A stretch of DNA of 64,000 nt from contig DASWWW010000003.1 of assembly GCA_036400935.1 (NCBI GenBank), positions 101,083 to 165,082 of the forward strand, written 5' to 3'. Below, one piece after another: positions 48,857 through 57,977 of the stretch. This stretch comes from Minisyncoccota bacterium. Its GTDB lineage: Bacteria; Patescibacteriota; Minisyncoccia; Phycocordibacterales; UBA6065. Positions within the stretch are counted from its first letter, which is position 1; every line of letters starts with the position of its first letter. The notes beneath the pieces were generated by a model, which searched no databases, was not told the origin of the DNA, and saw nothing but the letters and a program-made list of their open reading frames with translations. The translations under genes and the position numbers were made by a program.

Positions 48857-49918
48857 ATGAAAAACAAACTGATTTTCCTTGGAGTAGCGATCGCCATCGT
48901 CTGCGTCGGCGTCTTTGTCAACAGGGACTCTTCGCACGAAGTAATAAAGATCGGCGTTGTCGCACCTCTTACTGGACCAGGCTCTGCTTTCGGCAATTCG
49001 CTCGTGAAGGCGATCGAGCTCGCTCAGCGCGATCTTGGAGGCACCAAATATCGCTACGAAGTCGTGATCGAGGACGATGCGACTAATCCCGCGACGTCCG
49101 CGAGCGCGGCGCAGAAAATGATCCAGATAGACGGCGTAAAGGCCATCATCTCTGCTACGTCCGGCAGTGGTAACGCGATCGCGCCCATCGCCGAAGCTTC
49201 GAAAGTGCCGCTCATCTGTATCGCGTGCGCGGACAAAAGGATCGGCACTGGCAAGTACAGCTATACCTCTTCGGTTCAGGTCGAGGACGAAGCAAAGGTC
49301 TTCGTCGATCATGCGGTAAAGAATGGGGCAAAGACCGTCGGCGTCTTGAGCCAGAATCATCCGGGAATAAACGCCGTGGCTGATGCGGTCAAGGCCGAGG
49401 CGATCTCGCGCAATATTCCAGTCGTATACGAGGAAAGGTTCGACGGCAACAACCGCGATTTCAAGACGATCATAAAGAAAGCCGCGGCGGCAAACGCTGA
49501 CATCTATTTCTTGCAGGCATTCCCTCCGGCTCTCGATATCGTGGGCAAGGAATTGGCTGCTCTCGGCGTAAAGAACGTGGCGGGAGGCGCGGGCGCATTC
49601 ACTATCGCGGCTGAGCCGACTTTGTTCGAAGGCAAGTGGTATACCGAGGCTCTCGCCGACGCAGATTTCACCGAGCGATTCTCAAAGGAGTTCCCAGATG
49701 TCCGATTCAACATTCGCACCGGCCCGTATGGCTACGATGCGTTCAATATGCTCGTTCAGGGCTTGGACAAGGATGCTGACATGGCTGCATATCTCGCCGG
49801 CATCGATACATTTGACGGCAAGGTGGGGCAGTACAAGACCGACGGCAACTGGTTCCGCTCGACTCCGGGCGTCTGGATGGTAAAGGACGGAAAGTTCGTA
49901 GTTATTTCGCAGGATTAG
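48857..49918 (+). CDS. LivJ/K-like substrate-binding protein (S6)
   Basis: IKIGVVAPLTGPGSAFG; YEVVIEDD; RDFKTII; GYDA. Confidence 0.9.
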   Translation: MKNKLIFLGVAIAIVCVGVFVNRDSSHEVIKIGVVAPLTGPGSAFGNSLVKAIELAQRDLGGTKYRYEVVIEDDATNPATSASAAQKMIQIDGVKAIISATSGSGNAIAPIAEASKVPLICIACADKRIGTGKYSYTSSVQVEDEAKVFVDHAVKNGAKTVGVLSQNHPGINAVADAVKAEAISRNIPVVYEERFDGNNRDFKTIIKKAAAANADIYFLQAFPPALDIVGKELAALGVKNVAGGAGAFTIAAEPTLFEGKWYTEALADADFTERFSKEFPDVRFNIRTGPYGYDAFNMLVQGLDKDADMAAYLAGIDTFDGKVGQYKTDGNWFRSTPGVWMVKDGKFVVISQD

Positions 49919-50663
49919 GCGGAAGCAAATTCCACAGGCACGTGAATACGTGGTCCATCATCTCGGCGATGGCGGGCGAGTCGATGATCATCGAATAGAC
50001 ATCGTCGTCGCGGTGCGAAAAGAGGGCGACCTTCTTGCCATAGACGATAGTCGTGCCTTGGAATGCCTTGCCTGGCATGAATCGCGTTTCGCGGTGGCTG
50101 TCGGATGCATAGTTTTTGGGTGTACGTCCTTCGAATTCGCCGGGTACGATCATTTTCGTGAATATGCCGAGCTTCTTCTTGTACTCGAGCCTCTGCGGCA
50201 GGATTTTCGGCATATAGTCGGCGAGCTTCGGGTGAGATATGGTGTGGAGCTCGCGGATTCCTTTGAGGTGAGGGTTGTTGTATACGTCCTCGATGACGAT
50301 TTTCACGCCCTCGGCTCCCGTATAGGTCTGAACTGAAGACGTGTGCGAGGCGTCCTTTGACAGGCCCTGGAGAAGGGGAAGGACGGAGTCGAGGAGGCTT
50401 TGCTTTTCCTCGAGGTCGCGCGACAGGCGGCTCGGATCTGCCGACAGGTAGCGCAGGACGTTGTTTTTCTTGTAGGACGAGACGAGCTTTTTCGACTCGA
50501 GCTCCTGGAGGGCGAGGTATACCGTCGAGCGGGGAAGGGCGGTGCCTTTTGCGATAAGAAATGCCGTCAGGTCGGCGCCTTTCTTGTGCTTGAGCATGTG
50601 CAAGTAGACTTTTGCCTGCTTGTCGTCGAGGCCGAGCTCGATAAGGGGTTGAGATAGATTCAT
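49902..50663 (-). CDS. TrmB-family transcriptional regulator (T5); alternative start 50675
   Basis: LGLDDKQAKVY...IAKGTALPRSTVYLAL.EL; YTG.EGV; VYGKKV; F..LW. Confidence 0.88.
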   Translation of the reverse strand: MNLSQPLIELGLDDKQAKVYLHMLKHKKGADLTAFLIAKGTALPRSTVYLALQELESKKLVSSYKKNNVLRYLSADPSRLSRDLEEKQSLLDSVLPLLQGLSKDASHTSSVQTYTGAEGVKIVIEDVYNNPHLKGIRELHTISHPKLADYMPKILPQRLEYKKKLGIFTKMIVPGEFEGRTPKNYASDSHRETRFMPGKAFQGTTIVYGKKVALFSHRDDDVYSMIIDSPAIAEMMDHVFTCLWNLLPPNPAK

Positions 50664-50669
50664 GATTAC

Positions 50670-50686
50670 TGTCATAAATTATGACA
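50670..50686. promoter_or_regulatory. Perfect palindrome TGTCATAA-A-TTATGACA (TGTCA-N7-TGACA) at the T5 promoter
   Basis: tgtcataaattatgaca just upstream of the T5 start. Confidence 0.72.
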
Positions 50687-50823
50687 CCAATACGCTATCA
50701 TGAAATCTTTATTAAATAAAGATTTTTGACGAATTCTACCAAATAGTGTCCAAAGTATGTGGCTATTATTGCGCCCTTCCATAGAATGGGCCCATAGCTC
50801 ATAACTGCTATACTTCACACATT

Positions 50824-51936
50824 ATGAACAAGAAAAGCATCGTCTGGTTGGTCGTGGTTATTATCGCAATCGCTGTTATCGCAAGCGCGGCCGTCAAGAA
50901 GCCGTCGGCCCAGATTGGCACCCTCAAAGTCGGCGTAATTGCCGTCGAGACTGGCGCCGCGGCATATATCGGCGTATCGACCGAAAAAGGCATCGAGATC
51001 GCCAAGGAGGAGCTCGCCGCAAAGCATCCAGACTTCAGGATCGAGACAATAAACGAGGACAGCATGTTCACGCCCAAGGGTGGCATCGACGCGTACAACA
51101 AATTGCGCGCGACCGACAACATTGACTCGATCATTACCATGGCAAGCAACGTGAGCGTGGCCGTAGAGCCTCTTGCGGCCAAGGATGGCATCCTTCATGT
51201 CGCCGCATCGACCCTCGCTAACGGATACACCACTCCTGAGGACCTTTCGTTTAGGCTTACGGCCAAGGGAGATCTCGAGGCCGGTCCGGCTCTCGCGTAT
51301 CTCAAGGGCAAGGGCGTCACGAAGCTCGGCATTCTCGCCATGCAGAACGAGATCGGCGTCTCATTGCGCGACTCTCTCAAGGCGCAGGCTGCGGATTACG
51401 GCATAACGATCGTCATCGAGGAGAATTATCCTGCTGATGCGACCGATTGGAGGACGTCCCTTATAAAAGTCCGCCAGGCAAAGCCGGAGGCACTCTATCT
51501 GGCAGCCCTCGCGGCGCATTCAGCGCAGATTCTCAAGCAGGCCGACAGCCTCGGTTTCGATCCGCTCTTTATCAGCTATCGCGCGACTGAGGATCCTGCT
51601 CTCATAAAGAATGCAGGTACCCTTGCCGAGAAGCTCGTCTATACGACCTCGTTCGACGCCGAGAACAGCCAGCTTGCCAAGGATTTCGCGGCGGCATACA
51701 AGGCAAAGTATGACGAGGAGGTAAACGGCTATGCGGCTGAGGCGTACGAGTCGATGAAACTTACCGCTGAATCGTTCATGAAATGCGGCAAGGATTATGT
51801 GTGTATTAAGGATTATTTTTTCTCTATAAAGAATCGGCCGTCAGTCCTCGGCCCAATCAGCTTTGACCGGAACGGCGACGTATCGTATCCGTTCATCGTG
51901 AAGACTGTGAGGGAGGGGAAGTTCGTGAAGATATAG
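50824..51936 (+). CDS. LivJ/K-like substrate-binding protein (S7)
   Basis: KVGVIAVETGAAAYIG; NED; SFRL; TDWRTSL; AYE; G.ISFDRNGD. Confidence 0.9.
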   Translation: MNKKSIVWLVVVIIAIAVIASAAVKKPSAQIGTLKVGVIAVETGAAAYIGVSTEKGIEIAKEELAAKHPDFRIETINEDSMFTPKGGIDAYNKLRATDNIDSIITMASNVSVAVEPLAAKDGILHVAASTLANGYTTPEDLSFRLTAKGDLEAGPALAYLKGKGVTKLGILAMQNEIGVSLRDSLKAQAADYGITIVIEENYPADATDWRTSLIKVRQAKPEALYLAALAAHSAQILKQADSLGFDPLFISYRATEDPALIKNAGTLAEKLVYTTSFDAENSQLAKDFAAAYKAKYDEEVNGYAAEAYESMKLTAESFMKCGKDYVCIKDYFFSIKNRPSVLGPISFDRNGDVSYPFIVKTVREGKFVKI

Positions 51937-52698
51937 CTACTTTGAGATATTCCAAAGCCCCATAAAGAAGTCGGTATAGCTTTTCGCGATCCTCTCGCTT
52001 TTAACGGAGAAGACGGCTATCTGGGAGCCGTACATGTAAAAGCAGATTCTGTTGTCATAGATCGTGATGTTGAGGTTCCCGGTAAAGGCGATGGGCATAA
52101 GCCTATATTTAAATAGTGGGCGTCCGTTGTTTTCCCTCAAGAATTCTTTCTGCGACGAGCTGCCAATATACAGGAGTTCGATGCCTTTCTTTTGGCGTTG
52201 ATATTCGTACTCGTCAAAGTATTTTCCGTGATTCTTAACGTATTCGTCGCCGCTACCGCCAAGGACGTACATCTTTGAGCCGGGCCTTGCAGCGCGAAGT
52301 ATCTCAAACTCGTTCGCGACAAAGGCCTCCTGCCCACGATACGATTCGAGCTCTTGGATGTCTGGAATGAGGAAGCTCTTTTCGAGCTGTCTCACGACGC
52401 TATCGGCGATCCTCTTTTTGTGTTCGAAGAAGCCGCCGAGCTTTGATGGGGGATAGGGGAAGAATCTTTTCCTGCCTTTGACGATAGTGTGCCCGGTCAG
52501 GCCTTTTTTCTCGAGAGATACGAGCGTGTCATAGACGAATTGCCTGTGCAGGCCGCTATCCTTCGCGATGGCGGTCGAACCCGACTCGCCGAGCGACAGG
52601 AGGGAGGTGTAGACCTTTGCTTCTTTGCTGCTCAATCCAAGCTCCTTGAGAGAAGAAAAGATCTCGTCCTTTGCGCTGTTGTCAATAATTTGTGACAT
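51937..52698 (-). CDS. TrmB-family transcriptional regulator (T6)
   Basis: LGLSSKEAKVY.SLL.LG....IAKDSGLHRQFVYDTL.SL..KGL; IYDNRI; F.GLW. Confidence 0.9.
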   Translation of the reverse strand: MSQIIDNSAKDEIFSSLKELGLSSKEAKVYTSLLSLGESGSTAIAKDSGLHRQFVYDTLVSLEKKGLTGHTIVKGRKRFFPYPPSKLGGFFEHKKRIADSVVRQLEKSFLIPDIQELESYRGQEAFVANEFEILRAARPGSKMYVLGGSGDEYVKNHGKYFDEYEYQRQKKGIELLYIGSSSQKEFLRENNGRPLFKYRLMPIAFTGNLNITIYDNRICFYMYGSQIAVFSVKSERIAKSYTDFFMGLWNISK

Positions 52699-52794
52699 TG
52701 TTTCCGTTTGAGCCTTATTTGATGGCTATTTTTGTCTGTAATTATGTCATCATAATTTACTGACACTAAAAAAACAAGTGTTATAGTGCACAAT

Positions 52795-53856
52795 ATGAAA
52801 AGAATATTGTACATAGCAGGTAGTGTCGCGGTCATAGCGATTTTGATTATTTCAAACGGAGGCTCGAACGCCAATAAGGACAGGGAGATCGTCATTGGCG
52901 CGGCCCTGTCGCTTTCGGGCGCGGCTGTTCAGGATGGCGAGAGCATCAAGAGCGGCTTGGAGCTCGCGCGGGCAGACCTCAAGGCGGAGGGGATCGAAGT
53001 TAGGATAATTTATCAAGACGACAAGACTGAGCCGAAAAATGTCGTTGGCTCCATAAATGCTCTCGCGGCTCAGGGGGTGGAGGCGATTGTCGGGCCGACC
53101 TGGAGCTATTTGGCGGATGCCGGCGTTCCAGTTGCCGACAGCCTGAAAATTGTCACCGTTATGCCCGCAAATACTTCCGAATACGTGAACGCTCGGAGCG
53201 ATTACGCGTTTTATACGACGACAAAGATCGAGAAAATGCTTCCTGTGCTTTCAGAGTGGATATCCGAGAGGGACAAGAAGAAAGTGGCTGTGATCAGTGG
53301 ACAAGGATCGTGGTATCAGGTTGTGCGCAGCGGCGTTCAGAGGGCGGTCAAGGACGCCGGCGCCGAGATCGTGCTTTCCGAAGAGATCCCTTATGGTGCG
53401 GACTCGTCGGCAATCGCCTCGGCGCTCTCGAAGGTGAAGGCTGCCAAGGCAGATGTTCTCTTTTTCGAGGTGGATGACGAGCAGGCGATATTCTCGATGC
53501 TCAAGAAAGTCAGGGAGCAGAAGATTCCCGTAGACATACTGTCGGTCACTACCGCTGTCGAAAGGGTCAAGGGTGATTTGAAGATAGATAATGGCGTATA
53601 CGCGCTTGCGCCCGAAACTTCCGAGGAGTTCAAGGCGAAATATGAGGCAGCCTACGGCAAGCTGGCTCCTGCTTATGCCGACAGCGCGTACGATTCTCTC
53701 ATGCTTCTCGTGGACGCGATAAGGAATAGGGATGAAATGACCCTTGCCTCATATCTCAGGTTCGAGACCGACTACAAGGGCTTTGCCAAAGAGTACGATT
53801 TTGACGCTCGCGGCGACATCATCGGCGGCGCCTGGGTCGTAAGGGATCTGCGCTAA
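52795..53856 (+). CDS. LivJ/K-like substrate-binding protein (S8)
   Basis: IGAALSLSGAA..G; QDDKTEP; AIVGP; AYDS; FDARGD. Confidence 0.9.
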   Translation: MKRILYIAGSVAVIAILIISNGGSNANKDREIVIGAALSLSGAAVQDGESIKSGLELARADLKAEGIEVRIIYQDDKTEPKNVVGSINALAAQGVEAIVGPTWSYLADAGVPVADSLKIVTVMPANTSEYVNARSDYAFYTTTKIEKMLPVLSEWISERDKKKVAVISGQGSWYQVVRSGVQRAVKDAGAEIVLSEEIPYGADSSAIASALSKVKAAKADVLFFEVDDEQAIFSMLKKVREQKIPVDILSVTTAVERVKGDLKIDNGVYALAPETSEEFKAKYEAAYGKLAPAYADSAYDSLMLLVDAIRNRDEMTLASYLRFETDYKGFAKEYDFDARGDIIGGAWVVRDLR

Positions 53857-53953
53857 TTAGCTAAGCGATCAAAGACGCGAGGTGGACAACCATCTCGCGT
53901 TTTTGCATCCATCTGCTATCGTTAAGCCAGCCATTATTAGCTATACATTCCGT

Positions 53954-55102
53954 ATGACCAAAGCGACGAAAGTTATAGGAGCGATTATCATTATCATTCT
54001 CGTGATTTGGGGCATTTCTGCCGCCCAGAAAAAGAACGTAACGTCTCAGGGCCCGGTCAAGATCGGGGGCGCCTATATTCTCTCCGGCCCAGTCGCTCTC
54101 GTTGGCGAGCTTCAGAGGAACGCTACCGCGATGGCCGTAAAGGAAATCAATGACGCTGGCGGAATTAATGGCCGACCGTTCGAGGTTGTCATGGAGGACG
54201 CTCAGTATGAGGCAAAGACAGCCGTAAATGCATATCAGGCTCTCAGGCAGAAGGGTATCAAGTTCATTATCGCCGACGGATCGCCTGTCGCAGCTCCTAT
54301 CCGACCGATGGCCGTCGCTGACGGCAATTTCATGATGGTTCCTGGTGCTACAGCCCCGTCGTATTTTGATGGCGATAATCGCACGTGCCGCATCGCCCTT
54401 ACCGCGAAGAATTTCGGGCCGGCTATCGCTGACGCTCTCGTGGCGAAAGGCTATAAGAAGGTCGCGACTTTCTATCCTGAGAACGAGTCAGGACGCGGAT
54501 TTTATGATGAATTTACCAAGGCTTTTGCCGCAAAGGGCGGGGAGGTTGTCGTTTCGGAATTCTATAGCGCTTCTGGCTCGGGCGACTATCGAACCAATCT
54601 CGCCAAAATAAAGGCGAAGCTCAAGGAAGTCGACGCCATTGTCATGCAACAGGTGCTCAATACTATCGAGCCCATGTTCAAGCAGATGTCAGATCTCGGT
54701 ATCGACAAACCGATCGTTACTGACTACTACACAATCAACAATCCTGCTTTCAAGAATCTCTCGCTCGCAAACGGCATCGAATTCATCGACTACGAGTACG
54801 CCAAGACCGACAAAGCGACTGACAGCAAGCGGGTAAAGGATTTCAAGGCGAATTACCGCGCCCTCTATGACTCCGATCCGACATTCTTCGCCGCTTCTAC
54901 ATACGATTCGATCTACATTATCGCCGATGCAATCAAGGAGGTCGGTGACGACCCTGCCAAAGTTGGCGCATACGTAAGCAAGCTCAAGAATTATCCTGCG
55001 ATTACTGGAACCGTCTCGTTCAATGACGACTGCGAAGTCGACCGAACGATATCATTGAGCAAGGTCGTTGATGGAAGGATCGTTATTAGCGAGAATAAAT
55101 AG
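53954..55102 (+). CDS. LivJ/K-like substrate-binding protein (S9), close paralog of S5
   Basis: INDAGGINGRP; GATAPSYFD; CRIALTAK; DCEVDRT. Confidence 0.9.
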   Translation: MTKATKVIGAIIIIILVIWGISAAQKKNVTSQGPVKIGGAYILSGPVALVGELQRNATAMAVKEINDAGGINGRPFEVVMEDAQYEAKTAVNAYQALRQKGIKFIIADGSPVAAPIRPMAVADGNFMMVPGATAPSYFDGDNRTCRIALTAKNFGPAIADALVAKGYKKVATFYPENESGRGFYDEFTKAFAAKGGEVVVSEFYSASGSGDYRTNLAKIKAKLKEVDAIVMQQVLNTIEPMFKQMSDLGIDKPIVTDYYTINNPAFKNLSLANGIEFIDYEYAKTDKATDSKRVKDFKANYRALYDSDPTFFAASTYDSIYIIADAIKEVGDDPAKVGAYVSKLKNYPAITGTVSFNDDCEVDRTISLSKVVDGRIVISENK

Positions 55103-55105
55103 TCT

Positions 55106-56245
55106 ATGAGCAAAGTTCTTAAAATAACTGCGGGCGCTGTAGTTCTGATCCTTATCGTCTGGGGTATTATTGCGAGCAGCAAAAAAGATGTTGTATCGAC
55201 CGAGCCGATCAAGCTTGGCGTCTCCACGATCCTTTCGAGCGACTGGGCGGCGTTGGGCCAGAATATAGTGAATGCCTCGAAGCTTGCTGTCGAGGAAATC
55301 AATGCTCGCGGCGGCATAGACGGCCGGACTGTCGAGTTGGTGATCGAAGATGCCGGCCTCGACAGCAAAGCGGGGCTTTCCGCGGCTCAGAAGCTCGTGA
55401 ACGTCGATAAGGTTAAGTACATTATCGGTGGAACCTCGAGCAATGGAACCATGGCAGCGGCGCCTGTGGTAAATCAGGGCAAGGCGGTTTATTTAACTCC
55501 GGTCACTGGTGGTTCGAACGTCGACAATGCCGGAGACTATGTATTCAGGACAGCGAACTCGGATTTGCTCGCGGGTAGGGATTTGGCTTCAGCCGCTTTT
55601 CGACTTGGATACAAGAATGTTGCCACGATCTCCGAAGTCACCGAATACACTCTCGACATAAAGAAGACATTCGAAGCGTCTTTCAAGGAATTGGGCGGAA
55701 TGATCGCGTCCTCTGAGGAATTTCAGCCAGGAACGTCGGATTTCAGAACTATCGTAGCCAAAGTTAAGGCTTCGAAGCCTGACGCTACGCTTGTCCTGTC
55801 TCAGACCGGAACAGGTGGCGCGAAGTTTATAAAGCAGGCTCGAGAGGCGGGAATCGTTGTTCCGCTTTTCTCTGACTTCACATTCATAACTAATGGGGAT
55901 GCCAAGGGAATTGTCGGCTCGTTCGAAGGCGCTTATTTCGCGGATCCCGCATACGATGCAAATTCGGCAACGACGATTGCTTTCTTCAAGAAATATAAGG
56001 ATGCATACAAGGCAGATCCACTTATTCCTTTCCATGCCGCCTCTGCATACGACTCGATTATGATGATCGCTGATGCAATCGATGCGGTTGGCGACAACAG
56101 CGCCAAGGTTCAGACGTGGCTTTCGACTAAAGTTCAGGACAGGAAGGGCTTGATGGGAACGTATTCGATCGATGCCAAGGGAAATTCCGATCTCGGATTC
56201 GTGATAAAGCAGGTAAAAGGGGATAAATTCGTCGAAGTTAAATAA
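55106..56245 (+). CDS. LivJ/K-like substrate-binding protein (S10)
   Basis: EEINARGGIDGR; AQKLV..DKV; YVFRT..SD; SDFRT; AYDS. Confidence 0.92.
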   Translation: MSKVLKITAGAVVLILIVWGIIASSKKDVVSTEPIKLGVSTILSSDWAALGQNIVNASKLAVEEINARGGIDGRTVELVIEDAGLDSKAGLSAAQKLVNVDKVKYIIGGTSSNGTMAAAPVVNQGKAVYLTPVTGGSNVDNAGDYVFRTANSDLLAGRDLASAAFRLGYKNVATISEVTEYTLDIKKTFEASFKELGGMIASSEEFQPGTSDFRTIVAKVKASKPDATLVLSQTGTGGAKFIKQAREAGIVVPLFSDFTFITNGDAKGIVGSFEGAYFADPAYDANSATTIAFFKKYKDAYKADPLIPFHAASAYDSIMMIADAIDAVGDNSAKVQTWLSTKVQDRKGLMGTYSIDAKGNSDLGFVIKQVKGDKFVEVK

Positions 56246-56962
56246 ATGCAAAAGGAAATCCTCCTAAAACTCGATAACGTGTCCGTCCATTACGGCGGAG
56301 TAAAGGCTCTTGATGGGGCTTCTGTTCAGATTGATGAGGGAGAGGTCATCGCTCTCATGGGCCCGAACGGCGCGGGTAAGTCTACCGTGCTCAAGGCGCT
56401 CTTCGGCATTGCTCCGATCGAATCGGGCCGTGTTGTATGGCGCGAGAAGGCAATAAAGCCCCTCTCACACGAGATGGTCGAGCGCGGCGTGGCATTTGTA
56501 CCGCAGGGCAGGCGCGTCTTCAAGCACCTGACCGTTCGAGAGAATCTCGAGGTTGGCGGATATTCAGTAAAGGATACGAAGCTCGTCGCAAAGCGTGTCG
56601 ATGAAGTGCTCGAGCTCTTCCCTGTGCTCAAGCAAAAGATCAAGGCGAAGTCAGGAACCCTTTCCGGCGGCCAGCAGCAGATGCTCGCCATTGCCCGAGG
56701 CCTGATGATCGACCCGAAAGTCCTCCTTCTCGACGAGCCGACCCTCGGCCTTGCTCCGAAAGTCGTTCTCGAGGTCTTTGCCAAGATAAAGGAGATAAAC
56801 GAGCGCCGCGGCATTGCCGTCGTGGTCGTAGAGCACAACCTGAAATCCCTTATGGCTATAGCCTCGCGCGCCTATGTCATGGACAAGGGCAAGGTCGCCT
56901 TTAGCGGTTCCGCAAAAGAGGTCGTGGACAGCGACATCCTCAAGAAAATCTTTACCCGATAA
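56246..56962 (+). CDS. livF: ABC ATP-binding protein LivF
   Basis: GPNGAGKST, VPQGRRVF..LTV.ENL, LSGGQQQMLAIARGL, LDEP.LGLAP. Confidence 0.92.
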   Translation: MQKEILLKLDNVSVHYGGVKALDGASVQIDEGEVIALMGPNGAGKSTVLKALFGIAPIESGRVVWREKAIKPLSHEMVERGVAFVPQGRRVFKHLTVRENLEVGGYSVKDTKLVAKRVDEVLELFPVLKQKIKAKSGTLSGGQQQMLAIARGLMIDPKVLLLDEPTLGLAPKVVLEVFAKIKEINERRGIAVVVVEHNLKSLMAIASRAYVMDKGKVAFSGSAKEVVDSDILKKIFTR

Positions 56963-56985
56963 CCGCCGTGGCATGGGCGGTTTTT
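56961..56985 (+). terminator. Intrinsic terminator closing the liv array
   Basis: aaccgcc-gtggcatg-ggcggttttt. Confidence 0.7.
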
Positions 56986-57023
56986 CTGTGGTTTAATACC
57001 CTTAATTACTCATCAATACAAAT

Positions 57024-57959
57024 ATGGAACCAGTACCACAGTCAGAGACGGTAGCTGCGCCAGTCGCGGCGAAGGCAGTTTGGCCGACATCTTATTCGAT
57101 CCTTGCGCAGGCTCTCGCATTCTATAAGAAGCACGCAAAGGCTTTCTTTATGATCGGCCTTATCCCGTCCGGGCTCACTATTATCATAGCTGCCTTGCTG
57201 CCGGTCCTTGACGGCGCGTCACCATTGGCTGCTGTAGCCGCGCTCGTTACGATCATCCTCAGTATTGCGGCCGGAGTTGTCGGCATCGTCAATCAGATTG
57301 CCGTCATCAAGTCGGTCGATTCTCTCGACAAGAATGAGGCGGTCAACGTTAAGGCGGTATACAAGCTTGGATTCGCTCTCTTTTTCCCGATGCTTTGGGT
57401 GAGCATCCTGAGCGGTCTCGTTACGAGCGGTGGATTGGTCGCATTGATCGTGCCGGGCATTATCCTCGGAATCTACGTCGTGTTTGCCCTCTATGTAATG
57501 GTTTTGGAAGGCAAGAGGGGAATGGCATCCTTGGTTCAGAGCATGGCGTACGCAAAGGGCCAGGCGATGGAGGTCTTCAAGAAGTCGGTCTATTTCGGAT
57601 TGGCGAGCATCGTGCTCTATGTCTTTATCTTGGCTATCCTTGCTGTAGCATCCCTGATCGCTACGAACGATATGACAACTATATTCACGATCATATCCGA
57701 CAGGGCTCCTCTCACTTTCGGCAAAGTCGTTTACACGACGGTTTCGGATATTCTTGCTTACACCGTCTTCCTCCCGATTTATTTCACCTACGGCTACTTC
57801 ATGTACAAGCAGGCTCGCGCGGCGAAGGAGTCCAACCCTGCAACCGATGCCGAGAAGGCGAAGTACGGCAAGACTCTTGTTATCTGGAGCATCGTCGGTA
57901 TTGTAGCGGTCGTGGCCCTTGTCGCGGTCATGGCCATGAGCGTGCTCGCATTGCGGTAG
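57024..57959 (+). CDS. Multi-pass membrane protein (hypothetical)
   Basis: Several TM segments; L.IVPGII...F..Y..V.E...G..SL..S pattern. Confidence 0.7.
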   Translation: MEPVPQSETVAAPVAAKAVWPTSYSILAQALAFYKKHAKAFFMIGLIPSGLTIIIAALLPVLDGASPLAAVAALVTIILSIAAGVVGIVNQIAVIKSVDSLDKNEAVNVKAVYKLGFALFFPMLWVSILSGLVTSGGLVALIVPGIILGIYVVFALYVMVLEGKRGMASLVQSMAYAKGQAMEVFKKSVYFGLASIVLYVFILAILAVASLIATNDMTTIFTIISDRAPLTFGKVVYTTVSDILAYTVFLPIYFTYGYFMYKQARAAKESNPATDAEKAKYGKTLVIWSIVGIVAVVALVAVMAMSVLALR

Positions 57960-57977
57960 GTCGGCAGGCTCTTCAGC

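Noticed and set aside
37027-52698. Possibility that the TrmB C-terminal domains are active PLD-type nucleases (defence system)
   Set aside because: No HxK catalytic motif is visible in any of the six, and the context points to ligand-sensing regulation.
37027-56985. Possibility that the TrmB/SBP array is an integron, shufflon or DGR target
   Set aside because: No integrase, invertase or reverse transcriptase is present, and there are no attC-like sites or near-identical nucleotide repeats; the paralogs are deeply diverged.
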